A stretch of 64,000 nt of DNA, from positions 38,151-102,150 of the forward strand of contig JACOSY010000016.1 in assembly GCA_016178595.1 (NCBI GenBank). The letters run 5' to 3'. This DNA is from Ignavibacteria bacterium (GTDB taxonomy: Bacteria > Bacteroidota > Ignavibacteria > UBA10030 > SZUA-254). This document shows positions 18,349 through 26,635 of this stretch, one piece after another. The notes under the pieces were generated by a model, which ran no database searches, had not been told where the DNA came from, and saw nothing but the letters and a program-made list of their open reading frames with translations. The stretch's first letter is position 1, and the number at the start of each line of letters is the position of its first letter. The translations under genes and the position numbers were made by a program.

Positions 18349-19071
18349 CTATTTCGGATTCTCGTGAAGCCACTCTTCCGCCGTCCGGATATCCTGCACA
18401 TGATCGACATCCACGATTTTTGAGAATGGATATCCTTCCAGCGTGTAGCCGTTCTCCACGAGATGACTCAGGAAATTCCGCAGGCGCTCGATGTTACGAT
18501 TGAGGACGACATCGATTTCGTTAAAAATTCTTGGAGAGAAAACGTACATGCCGCCGGTGACCCACTCTTCCTTTTCCCCGCGCAGGGTGACATTTGTTTT
18601 TTTGGCAAAACGGAGAATCCGTTTCTGCGCGTCCATCTCTACATAGAGCGGGTTCTCATCATCGATAAAATTCGTGATTGCAAGAATTCCATCAAGCGAG
18701 GCTTTCCCTTGTGCGTACTGAAGATACCGGCAGAATTCTTCTTCATGAAATATCGAATCGACGGTTGAGAGAAGAAACTGTTCATCGCGCAGATGTGTAG
18801 CAAGAGCGAAGAGACTATGCATCGAGCTTGGCGTCGTCCTGACAACGAAGTCGATCGTGATCGGGAAATGTTTCTGTTCGATGAAGCGTTTCACCTCGAG
18901 AGAATATTCATTGACGATGCAGGCGATTTCGGTGATGCCGTTCCGGATGAACGTCGCGATCAATCGTTCGATGAGCGGAATGCCATTGACAGGGACGAGC
19001 GGCTTCGGCAGAGCGATGCCTTCCGATTTGAGCCGGCTTCCTTCCCCCGCTGCGATGATGGCTGCTTTCAT
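18349..19071 (-). CDS. Nucleotidyltransferase (NTP-transferase fold; inositol-phosphate cytidylyltransferase-like)
   Basis: The N-terminal AAGEGSRL...PKPLVPV motif is the sugar-phosphate nucleotidyltransferase G-x-G-x-R-L signature. Confidence 0.7.
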   Translation of the reverse strand: MKAAIIAAGEGSRLKSEGIALPKPLVPVNGIPLIERLIATFIRNGITEIACIVNEYSLEVKRFIEQKHFPITIDFVVRTTPSSMHSLFALATHLRDEQFLLSTVDSIFHEEEFCRYLQYAQGKASLDGILAITNFIDDENPLYVEMDAQKRILRFAKKTNVTLRGEKEEWVTGGMYVFSPRIFNEIDVVLNRNIERLRNFLSHLVENGYTLEGYPFSKIVDVDHVQDIRTAEEWLHENPK

Positions 19072-19091
19072 ATGTATTAATGTTGCGTAAG

Positions 19092-19192
19092 ACCCTCACC
19101 CCGTCCCGACTTCGTCGTGACGCCCCTCTCCCATTGGGAGAGGGGACGGTCTACGACTCTACCGAGTCGAAGACTCGTAGAAGGGTGAGGGT
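19092..19192. repeat. Palindromic element, family 1, with perfect 10-bp terminal inverted repeats (ACCCTCACCC ... GGGTGAGGGT)
   Basis: Its internal palindromes are CCCCTCTCCCATTGGGAGAGGGG and GTCTACGACTCT..AGACTCGTAGA. Confidence 0.65.
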
Positions 19193-19501
19193 CGAAAAAT
19201 GTGTGAAAAGATACCAAGAATTTGACAGATTTCCAAGAATACATACGGCAACGGTCTTGACAGACGAAAGAAATTTGAGTATGTTTCCATTGCCTCGGGG
19301 GAGTACGACGCTGAGGGCTACTGCATATCATGATCAACATGTCTTACTCCATATCTGCCGCGAGTGTTGTGTGGATTTGCAAAAGCTTTGAATTGATAGG
19401 AGGAGTTCGACGTAAAGAAATAAAGATGCAATGCGGATGTATATTGTTATACGCAACGCCGCCCGACGCATGATTGTCCTACATATTCATGACCATCGCT
19501 T

Positions 19502-20296
19502 ATGACAGAAGACGAAACGCCTGAACAGTTCTATGGTCTCAAGTACATAGAACTCAAGGATGAAGAGAGCCTTGAAAAGATTTTCTTCGTTGGAAATGTG
19601 TGGGAGGTTGAAGCTTTTTTCAAAACAGCTGACAATTCCATCGAAATCATCCGAAGCACCAATAGCGTTCGACTTGCGGTTTTAGAAACGTGGCTGCTTC
19701 TTGACTATTCTATTCGGGAAATTTTGCTCTCGGTTCTTGGTCTAAGTCGAGTTAACCATCCGGATTACGAGCTAAAGCAATTACTTCTGCCGTGGAGTTT
19801 GTGCGATTGTATTGACCTGATGGCAAAGATGCAAGAGGTGAACGCGAAATTGCCCGAGTATCCCGACACTCATTCTGTGAAATTGCCTGTTCAGTTCATC
19901 TTCTACTTGCGCAAAGAGAATCCTAACTTCTTAAATAAGTTTCTTGAAATCGAAAAGGAATATTATCTAAAATATCACCCGGCGCTTTCGAAGGAATCTG
20001 GCAATATTCTAACCGGTAGTGTGCATGCGAGAGCAAGTAAGAAGCATTTATATTCTCACGAGTACATGCGAATATTGCCTGACATGCTAGCTTTCATCTC
20101 ACGGATTGACGAGGCGTGGACAAGGAAAATAAGAAAACTCCATAGCGCTAGGAACGTCGCCGCACATTCCCATGACGAAAAATTGATCGCCGACAAAATG
20201 GGCTATTCTGGGGACAAGGTGATCAATCACATTAGGAATGAATGTCTTTCAAGCATCGAACAACTTTTAGGCATAAGATCGAAGAATACCTCCTGA
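19502..20296 (+). CDS. Hypothetical protein, possible HEPN-domain (Rx4HxH) protein
   Basis: The C-terminal RNVAAHSHD fits the Rx4-6H HEPN motif. It is encoded in a lower-GC islet. Confidence 0.35.
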   Translation: MTEDETPEQFYGLKYIELKDEESLEKIFFVGNVWEVEAFFKTADNSIEIIRSTNSVRLAVLETWLLLDYSIREILLSVLGLSRVNHPDYELKQLLLPWSLCDCIDLMAKMQEVNAKLPEYPDTHSVKLPVQFIFYLRKENPNFLNKFLEIEKEYYLKYHPALSKESGNILTGSVHARASKKHLYSHEYMRILPDMLAFISRIDEAWTRKIRKLHSARNVAAHSHDEKLIADKMGYSGDKVINHIRNECLSSIEQLLGIRSKNTS

Positions 20297-20369
20297 CGCA
20301 CCTTTGAATACAATTACATTTACCTTTTCGATTCTGTAAACTTTAATTTCCACTATTAACAAAAAGCGT

Positions 20370-20657
20370 ATGATAATTCTACAGATCGAACATAAAGTCC
20401 CAAACTTCGATGCCTGGAAAAAAGCGTTTGATAATGACCCTATCAACCGCAACAAATCCGGCGTTCGCCGTTACCGTATCTTCCGGCCAATAGATGATCC
20501 GAATTATGTTATTATCGATCTTGAATTTAATAACGTACATGATGCGGAGTCCATCCTCGCCGCGTTACGCAAGTTATGGGTTCACGTGGAGGGAAAAGTT
20601 ATAGTGAACCCGCAAAGCAGGATCCTGGAGACAGTGGAGACCATGGAATATAAATGA
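20370..20657 (+). CDS. Hypothetical small protein (95 aa)
   Basis: The ORF is in the low-GC islet, and no confident family was recognised. Confidence 0.35.
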   Translation: MIILQIEHKVPNFDAWKKAFDNDPINRNKSGVRRYRIFRPIDDPNYVIIDLEFNNVHDAESILAALRKLWVHVEGKVIVNPQSRILETVETMEYK

Positions 20658-20902
20658 AATTGAGAGTTCTGAAAAATGGTAGGACAGGCATTCTTGCCTG
20701 TCAGAAACATTATTATTCAACTTAATTTCGACAGACAGGAATGTCTGTCCCACCGAAATTGATAATAATTCAGAAGTCTCAAATTAGGAGTAAGCCTCGG
20801 CAACACGGTACATAGGTAGTGTCTCACTTTAAATCAGTGAATTCGAATTTTAGATAACTACTAAGCAGTATTCTAATAGGCTAGTGAATAACTCTCTGCG
20901 GT

Positions 20903-21050
20903 GCAAATTGCCACGACCTTCAGGTCGTGGTTATCGGTATCCCAAAAAATTCGACGGGCTTTAGCCCGCACAAACGAATCCCTTGGATGGAATGGGTTGA
21001 AACCCATCACGATTTTTCTAGGATTGTTCTCCACGAGCTGAAGCTCGTGG
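20903..21050. repeat. Family-2 multi-hairpin element (opposite orientation to the 17385-17523 copy)
   Basis: It contains CCACGACCTTCAGGTCGTGG, GGGCTTTAGCCC, GGGTTGAAACCC and CCACGAGCTGAAGCTCGTGG. Confidence 0.6.
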
Positions 21051-21096
21051 CTATGAGTTCTCTTTTTCAACAGCTTGATGGAGATAGCCAACCATC

Positions 21097-22275
21097 ATGA
21101 AAACACTTTTATTTGCCATCGGCATCATCTTCCTGTTCGCAGTCGAGGTTCTGAAGGTCTATCTTATCATGCCCTTTCCCGGCAGCCAGGAATCGAGTGC
21201 AGTGCAGCTTGCCTACTTCCTGCACACCAACGCATGGTGGCTGAGGATCGTCGGGCTGGCGCTCGTTCTTCCGTTCGTCCTGCACGTCTATCGCACGAAG
21301 CGTCTCTTCGGCAAAATAGCAATCACGCTCCCGCTGCTGCTCTATGCGCTGGTGTTCTACGCCGGCAACTTCCGGTTCCTCGCCGACAAGATTTTTATTA
21401 TACCCCGCACGAAACAAATGCTGCCCGCAGCCGCGAACAAAGTACCGCCGGAGAAACTCGTTATCGGCGTGGAGTACAAAGGCGAAGCCCGCGCGTATCC
21501 CATCGAAGTAATCGGGTATCATCACCAGGTCCTCGATACGATCGCCGGCGATCCGCTGCTCATCACCTACTGCACCGTCTGCCGGACGGGAAGAGTGTAC
21601 AGCCCCGTCGTGAACGGCACGGCAGAGCGCTTCCGGCTCGTGGGTATGGACCGGTTCAACGCGATGCTCGAAGATGCGACCACCGGAAGCTGGTGGCAGC
21701 AGGCGACCGGTGAAGCTGTCGCGGGAAAACTTGCCGGCCGGCAATTGACCGACGTTCCTTCCATGCAGATGACGCTCGGAACATGGACCGAGCATTATCC
21801 TGCAACACGCATCCTTCAGCCCGACCCGGAGTTTCGCAACCGGTACGAGCACCTGCAAGGTTTCGATGAGGGCACGATCGAAAGCAGTCTGGAGAAACGG
21901 GATTCCGCTTCGTGGCGGATGAAGTCGTGGGTCGTCGGCGTGGTGTCTCCGCAGCGAGCGGTGGCTTTCGATTGGAATATATTGGCGCAAAAAAAAATTC
22001 TCATCGATCGCGACATTATGGTAATGCTGGAAAAAGACGGCGCCTCGTTTCGCGCGTTCAGCACCGTCGTCGACGGTACACCGCAGGTCTTCGAGTGGAA
22101 CTCCGATCAATCTCTGCTCACCGAGACATCCACCGGATGTACGTGGAATGTCGCAGGAGTTTGTATCGAGGGCACGCACACCGGCAAATACTTGACGCAA
22201 CTGCAAGCCTCGCAGGAGTTCTGGCATTCCTGGCAAACGTTTCATTCCGGAACGTCGCTGTACCCGGCAGAGTAG
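21097..22275 (+). CDS. DUF3179-like membrane-anchored protein
   Basis: An N-terminal TM segment is followed by a conserved GEARAYP...YCTVC block typical of DUF3179. The full-length antisense ORF is judged spurious. Confidence 0.6.
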   Translation: MKTLLFAIGIIFLFAVEVLKVYLIMPFPGSQESSAVQLAYFLHTNAWWLRIVGLALVLPFVLHVYRTKRLFGKIAITLPLLLYALVFYAGNFRFLADKIFIIPRTKQMLPAAANKVPPEKLVIGVEYKGEARAYPIEVIGYHHQVLDTIAGDPLLITYCTVCRTGRVYSPVVNGTAERFRLVGMDRFNAMLEDATTGSWWQQATGEAVAGKLAGRQLTDVPSMQMTLGTWTEHYPATRILQPDPEFRNRYEHLQGFDEGTIESSLEKRDSASWRMKSWVVGVVSPQRAVAFDWNILAQKKILIDRDIMVMLEKDGASFRAFSTVVDGTPQVFEWNSDQSLLTETSTGCTWNVAGVCIEGTHTGKYLTQLQASQEFWHSWQTFHSGTSLYPAE

Positions 22276-22457
22276 TTGCGGGAAATGCACATAAAAAGCC
22301 GCTGCAGTTTATCGCCACAGCGGCTCTTGTCTCACCCTTCGCCTAATCCACCATCTCACTAACCATCCATAGAGGAGGATGAGTTTCAATATATCATACG
22401 CTCATACTCGCCGAAAAGTTCCATCGGCTGCATCAATCGCAAGTTGGGAACGAGGTG

Positions 22458-23615
22458 TCAGAACCAGCGCCAGAGCCAGTATTTTTCGAAGACCACTTTG
22501 CCCCAGTGATAGGTAACGCTCGGCTCGTGGAAGGTGACGGTCGGTGACGGCTTCGTATAGAAGTTACCGTTGATGTAGCCTGCGCGTCCATTCCCCGTCT
22601 CAAGGAAACAGAACCCATGCCCTTTGAACTCCTTCGATGCACCTCCGTTATGCAGCTCGCGCGCAATGTTCAGCGCGACAACTTCAGCCTGGCCCGCCGC
22701 GAACACGCCGGCTTTCGGAAGCGCGAATCCATTCGGAAGTGCGATCGTCGTCACGTCGCCAAGCGCATAGACATCCGGATAATGCGTGCGCAGCGTGTGT
22801 TCATCGACGGGGATCCAGCCGGATTCATCGACGAGGTGCGCGGCGCGTACAACTTCCGGCACGCGGTGCGGCGGGATCGCAATCAAAAGATCGAAGCGCG
22901 CGCTCGATCCATCTTCGAACATCAATTGCTTGTTCGATGCATCCACCGAGGCAATTTTCTTTTTTGTTTCCACAACAATCCCCCGCTGTTCGAGAATCTT
23001 CCGCAGCATCATTCCCGCATCCGGGCCTGCAACGGCAAGAGGAGATGGTTCGGGGGTGAAGAGTTGAATTTCCACTCCGTTCGTTCCCCTCCGCGAAAAG
23101 TACGACTCCAACAAGAGCGCGGCTTCGTACGGTGCAGGCGGACATTTGTACGGGGCGCCGGCAATGAGGATCGCTATTTTTCCTTCCGAAAACTGCGGGA
23201 TGAGGCGGCTTAACGTTTCCGCCTGTTCGAGCGTGTAGAATGAATGGCTGGTTTCCGCCAACCCCGGAACCGCCTTCGCGGTCAGCTCAGCACCGAGCGT
23301 GACGACGAGATAGTCGTAATTGAGTATTGTCCGATCTGTACGGACGACCTTGCGCTCAGGATCGATTTCGTGAACGGCTGCATGGTGGAACTCGATGCCA
23401 TGCTTTTCCAGCAGCGAGAGCGGTTTTTGAATGGCGGAAGGTTTTCGCCAGCCGAGCATCACCCAGAGGTACGATGGCGGAAAAGAGTGGATTGCCGATT
23501 TATCGACGATGATGATGCGATGTTGAGCGCCGAGGTGCCGTCGCAGCTCTCGCGCCGTTACAATCCCCCCGATACCGCCGCCGAGAATAAGTATCGTCTT
23601 GTTGGTCATCGTCAT
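22458..23615 (-). CDS. FAD-dependent pyridine-nucleotide-disulfide oxidoreductase (sulfide:quinone oxidoreductase / NDH-2-like)
   Basis: An N-terminal ILILGGGIGG FAD motif and a second dinucleotide motif are present. The start is set at MTMTNK (23615). Confidence 0.7.
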   Translation of the reverse strand: MTMTNKTILILGGGIGGIVTARELRRHLGAQHRIIIVDKSAIHSFPPSYLWVMLGWRKPSAIQKPLSLLEKHGIEFHHAAVHEIDPERKVVRTDRTILNYDYLVVTLGAELTAKAVPGLAETSHSFYTLEQAETLSRLIPQFSEGKIAILIAGAPYKCPPAPYEAALLLESYFSRRGTNGVEIQLFTPEPSPLAVAGPDAGMMLRKILEQRGIVVETKKKIASVDASNKQLMFEDGSSARFDLLIAIPPHRVPEVVRAAHLVDESGWIPVDEHTLRTHYPDVYALGDVTTIALPNGFALPKAGVFAAGQAEVVALNIARELHNGGASKEFKGHGFCFLETGNGRAGYINGNFYTKPSPTVTFHEPSVTYHWGKVVFEKYWLWRWF

Positions 23616-23724
23616 GATAGTTAGCGAAAGCCAATCTACAAAAATATTTCTCAAAAATCGACCGCGTTGCTTCTCTCCCACGCTCACAGTATATTGGATG
23701 AACTTTTCAAAGCGAACACGACAG

Positions 23725-24894
23725 ATGAGCACAACATTTTTCACGCACCTCCGGTGCAGCAGCTGCAACCGATCCTACTCTCCGCACGTGATTCAGGCCT
23801 TCTGCCCGGCGTGCAACAAGACGCTGCTTGCCGAATACGATCTCGACGCGGCACGACGCTTCCTCACGCGCGACATGATTCAGAAGCGTGAAGGAACACT
23901 ATGGCGATATCGCGAGCTTCTGCCGGTGTTCGATGACTCCAATATCGTTTCGCTCGGTGAAGGCTGGACGCCCATCATTCACACAGAAAAATTGGGACGC
24001 GAACTCGGACTTCCATTCCTCTCTATAAAAGAGGAGGCGTACAATCCTTCCGGCTCATTCAAAGCTCGTGGACTCTGTCTGGCAGTCTCAAAAGCAAAAG
24101 AATTAGGAATCGCAGAAGTCGCCATGCCGTCGGCGGGAAATGCCGGAGGTGCGCTCGCTGCGTACGCAGCGAAGGCAGAGATGAAAGCCCACATCTTTAT
24201 GCCGAACGATACGCCGGCTGTGAACATCAAGGAAGCGTCGCTCTACGGCGCGAGCGTGTATTTGGTCGACGGCAACATCAGCGATGCTGCGAAAAAGATG
24301 AACGAGAGACGATCCGCAACGTCCTGGTTCGATATGTCGACGATGAAAGAACCCTACCGCCTCGAAGGCAAGAAAACGATGGGTTACGAGCTTGCCGAGC
24401 AGTTCGCTTGGAAGCTTCCCGACGTCATCCTCTACCCGACCGGCGGCGGAACGGGACTTATCGGAATGTGGAAAGCGTTCCGTGAAATGGAAACACTCGG
24501 ATGGATTTCGGGAAAGAAGCCGAGAATGGTGTCGGTGCAAACCACCGGCTGCGCACCGATCGTCAAAGCCTTTCGTGAACGAAGGAGAGAATCGGAGTTT
24601 TGGCAGAATGCAAAGACGAGCGCATCGGGTCTTCGCGTGCCAAAAGCCTTTGCCGACACACTTATTCTTGATGCGCTCTACGAAAGTGGCGGAACAGCAA
24701 TCGATGTTTCCGACAGCGAGCTCATAAGGGAAATGCGACATGTTGCTGCGCTCGAAGGCATTTTTCTGTGTCCGGAAGGAGCAGCGGCCGTTGGCGCATT
24801 GCGGCAATTGGTGATGCAAGGGGACGTGAAGCCGGCCGATACCGTCGTCGTGTTCAATACCGGCTCCGGGTATAAGTACGTCGAGCTCTATTAG
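23725..24894 (+). CDS. thrC: Threonine synthase-like PLP-dependent enzyme (Trp-synthase beta superfamily)
   Basis: An N-terminal Cys4 ribbon (CSSCN...CPACN) is present. The PLP lysine lies in the NPSGSFKARG motif. The start is taken at the internal MSTTFF. Confidence 0.7.
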   Translation: MSTTFFTHLRCSSCNRSYSPHVIQAFCPACNKTLLAEYDLDAARRFLTRDMIQKREGTLWRYRELLPVFDDSNIVSLGEGWTPIIHTEKLGRELGLPFLSIKEEAYNPSGSFKARGLCLAVSKAKELGIAEVAMPSAGNAGGALAAYAAKAEMKAHIFMPNDTPAVNIKEASLYGASVYLVDGNISDAAKKMNERRSATSWFDMSTMKEPYRLEGKKTMGYELAEQFAWKLPDVILYPTGGGTGLIGMWKAFREMETLGWISGKKPRMVSVQTTGCAPIVKAFRERRRESEFWQNAKTSASGLRVPKAFADTLILDALYESGGTAIDVSDSELIREMRHVAALEGIFLCPEGAAAVGALRQLVMQGDVKPADTVVVFNTGSGYKYVELY

Positions 24895-24989
24895 GGGAAT
24901 TGCTCAGTTGACTTTCTCGCCGGACTTTCGTATGATAAAACGTTGTTTCCGAAGCCGTTCATTCCATTCAACATTCATCAGGACGATCT

Positions 24990-25337
24990 ATGCAGATCAA
25001 AGAGAAAATCGAAGAGTCCGTTGCCATCCTCACCTTTAAAGGTGATCTTCTCGGAGAACCGGACACGACAAAGATTCGCGAGAAGGTCCACAGCCTCGTC
25101 AGCGACAATATCAAAAAAATTGTCATTGACCTGAGTGGCGTAAACTACATGAACAGCTCGGGACTTGGAACGCTTATTTCCGTTCTGACGACTGTAAAGA
25201 ACGGCGGCGGCCAACTCGTTCTTGCGAATGTCGGTGGGAAGGTGCAGAACCTCTTCCTTATTACCCAGCTTGTGAAAGTTTTCGACACGTACGAAACTGT
25301 TGACCGCGCTCTCGCACACTTCAAGGGAGCGAAGTAA
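24990..25337 (+). CDS. STAS-domain anti-sigma-factor antagonist (SpoIIAA-like)
   Basis: 115 aa. DLSGVNYMNSSGLGTL carries the conserved phosphorylatable-Ser region. Confidence 0.75.
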   Translation: MQIKEKIEESVAILTFKGDLLGEPDTTKIREKVHSLVSDNIKKIVIDLSGVNYMNSSGLGTLISVLTTVKNGGGQLVLANVGGKVQNLFLITQLVKVFDTYETVDRALAHFKGAK

Positions 25338-25351
25338 GTTTCGCAAGCTCG

Positions 25352-25837
25352 TTGGAGGATTCTACGGTGTTCATTTATTCACCAGCATTTCAGGATCGAA
25401 AGTCGATCCCTACACGCTATGCGTACAAAGGCGTTACGGGCGGACAAAATATTTCGATTCCACTCACGTGGAACGATCCACCTCCTGACACACATTCCTT
25501 TGCACTTTCTATCGTTGATCCCCATCCGGTTGCAAGGAACTGGGTTCATTGGCTTATGATCGACATCCCGAAGAATATCATGCGGCTTCCGGAAGGCGCT
25601 TCCGGAATACCGATGGCCGCAGGCGTCAAGGAACTCTATAACTCTTACGGCGAGCCTGGATATGGAGGACCTCAACCGCCAAAGGGATCCGGCCCTCATC
25701 CATACGAGGTGACGATCTATGCGCTGAATGTCGACCACCTTGACCTTCCTCAGAACACGACACTTCTCGCTTTCCAACAATCACTCGAAGGAAGAATCAT
25801 CGCTTCGGCGAAAACCACCGGCATGTACGAACGATAA
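25352..25837 (+). CDS. YbhB/YbcL family (PEBP/Raf-kinase-inhibitor-like) protein
   Basis: The DPDxP-like DPHP, the HW and the GP...PPKGSGPHPY PEBP signature are present. Confidence 0.75.
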   Translation: MEDSTVFIYSPAFQDRKSIPTRYAYKGVTGGQNISIPLTWNDPPPDTHSFALSIVDPHPVARNWVHWLMIDIPKNIMRLPEGASGIPMAAGVKELYNSYGEPGYGGPQPPKGSGPHPYEVTIYALNVDHLDLPQNTTLLAFQQSLEGRIIASAKTTGMYER

Positions 25838-26144
25838 CTTCCGCGAAAAAAGGAAGCTCTTACTGTTCACCGATCCTTCAACAAACCTTCCCTAAGCTCT
25901 CAATCCTCACCTGCGAGAAATCTGCGTGAGAACGTATTCCGATAGTATCTTCGAAACACTGTCTTGCTCAGTTTCTCCGATAACCACGATTTAAAGTTCA
26001 CCTCGTTTTACCTGAATAATCCCGACACGAGTCTCTCTCATGCTTTGCATCACAGATCACCGGTTTACCATTTCCTACATTACACTCGAATCATGTAGTT
26101 TCTCTCCTCCCACAAGCTGCACACATAAGCACTGTAGCACGACG

Positions 26145-26606
26145 ATGGACCTCACGATCAGACAATCAGCAGAACATTACCTGAAGCTTGCACGGCAATC
26201 CGCAAAGGCAAACAACTCCCTCGGCGCCCGCATGGCATACTTTATGAGCATTCAAGCATGGAAGAAAGCAATCGAAGAGCATCCTTCCCTCTCGACCAAC
26301 CTTGCCGCTGTCCAAAGAGAATATCTCCACTTCATCCGCTCAGATGCACGGTACAGAGAAGTCCTGTCACAGATTCGGGAGATCATCGCCCGGAAGCCTG
26401 GCATTCAGGAAGCAGAGTTGTTTGCGAAGTTGTCCAAACATCCTGAAACCGATCTGAAGTATACGCTTTACTTCGCCGTCAGGGACGGTCAAATTTGGAG
26501 TGTGAAGAAAGAGGGAGGATGTGAACTGCACCTTCCATCGGGCCAGCAGAAATTTACTTTCAAATCCCTGATCAAGCTTCTCCGCGGAAAGATCAGCACG
26601 AACTGA
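26145..26606 (+). CDS. Hypothetical protein
   Basis: The ORF starts at MDLTIRQ, and no family was recognised. Confidence 0.3.
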   Translation: MDLTIRQSAEHYLKLARQSAKANNSLGARMAYFMSIQAWKKAIEEHPSLSTNLAAVQREYLHFIRSDARYREVLSQIREIIARKPGIQEAELFAKLSKHPETDLKYTLYFAVRDGQIWSVKKEGGCELHLPSGQQKFTFKSLIKLLRGKISTN

Positions 26607-26635
26607 GCGTTACGCCTTTCCCCTTCGTTGACACA

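Noticed and set aside
21109-22290. Full-length 393-aa antisense ORF opposite the DUF3179 gene
   Set aside because: Its amino-acid composition is Arg/Ala/Gly-rich and low-complexity, as expected for a mirror ORF in GC-rich DNA. The plus-strand ORF has a TM anchor and recognisable conserved blocks.
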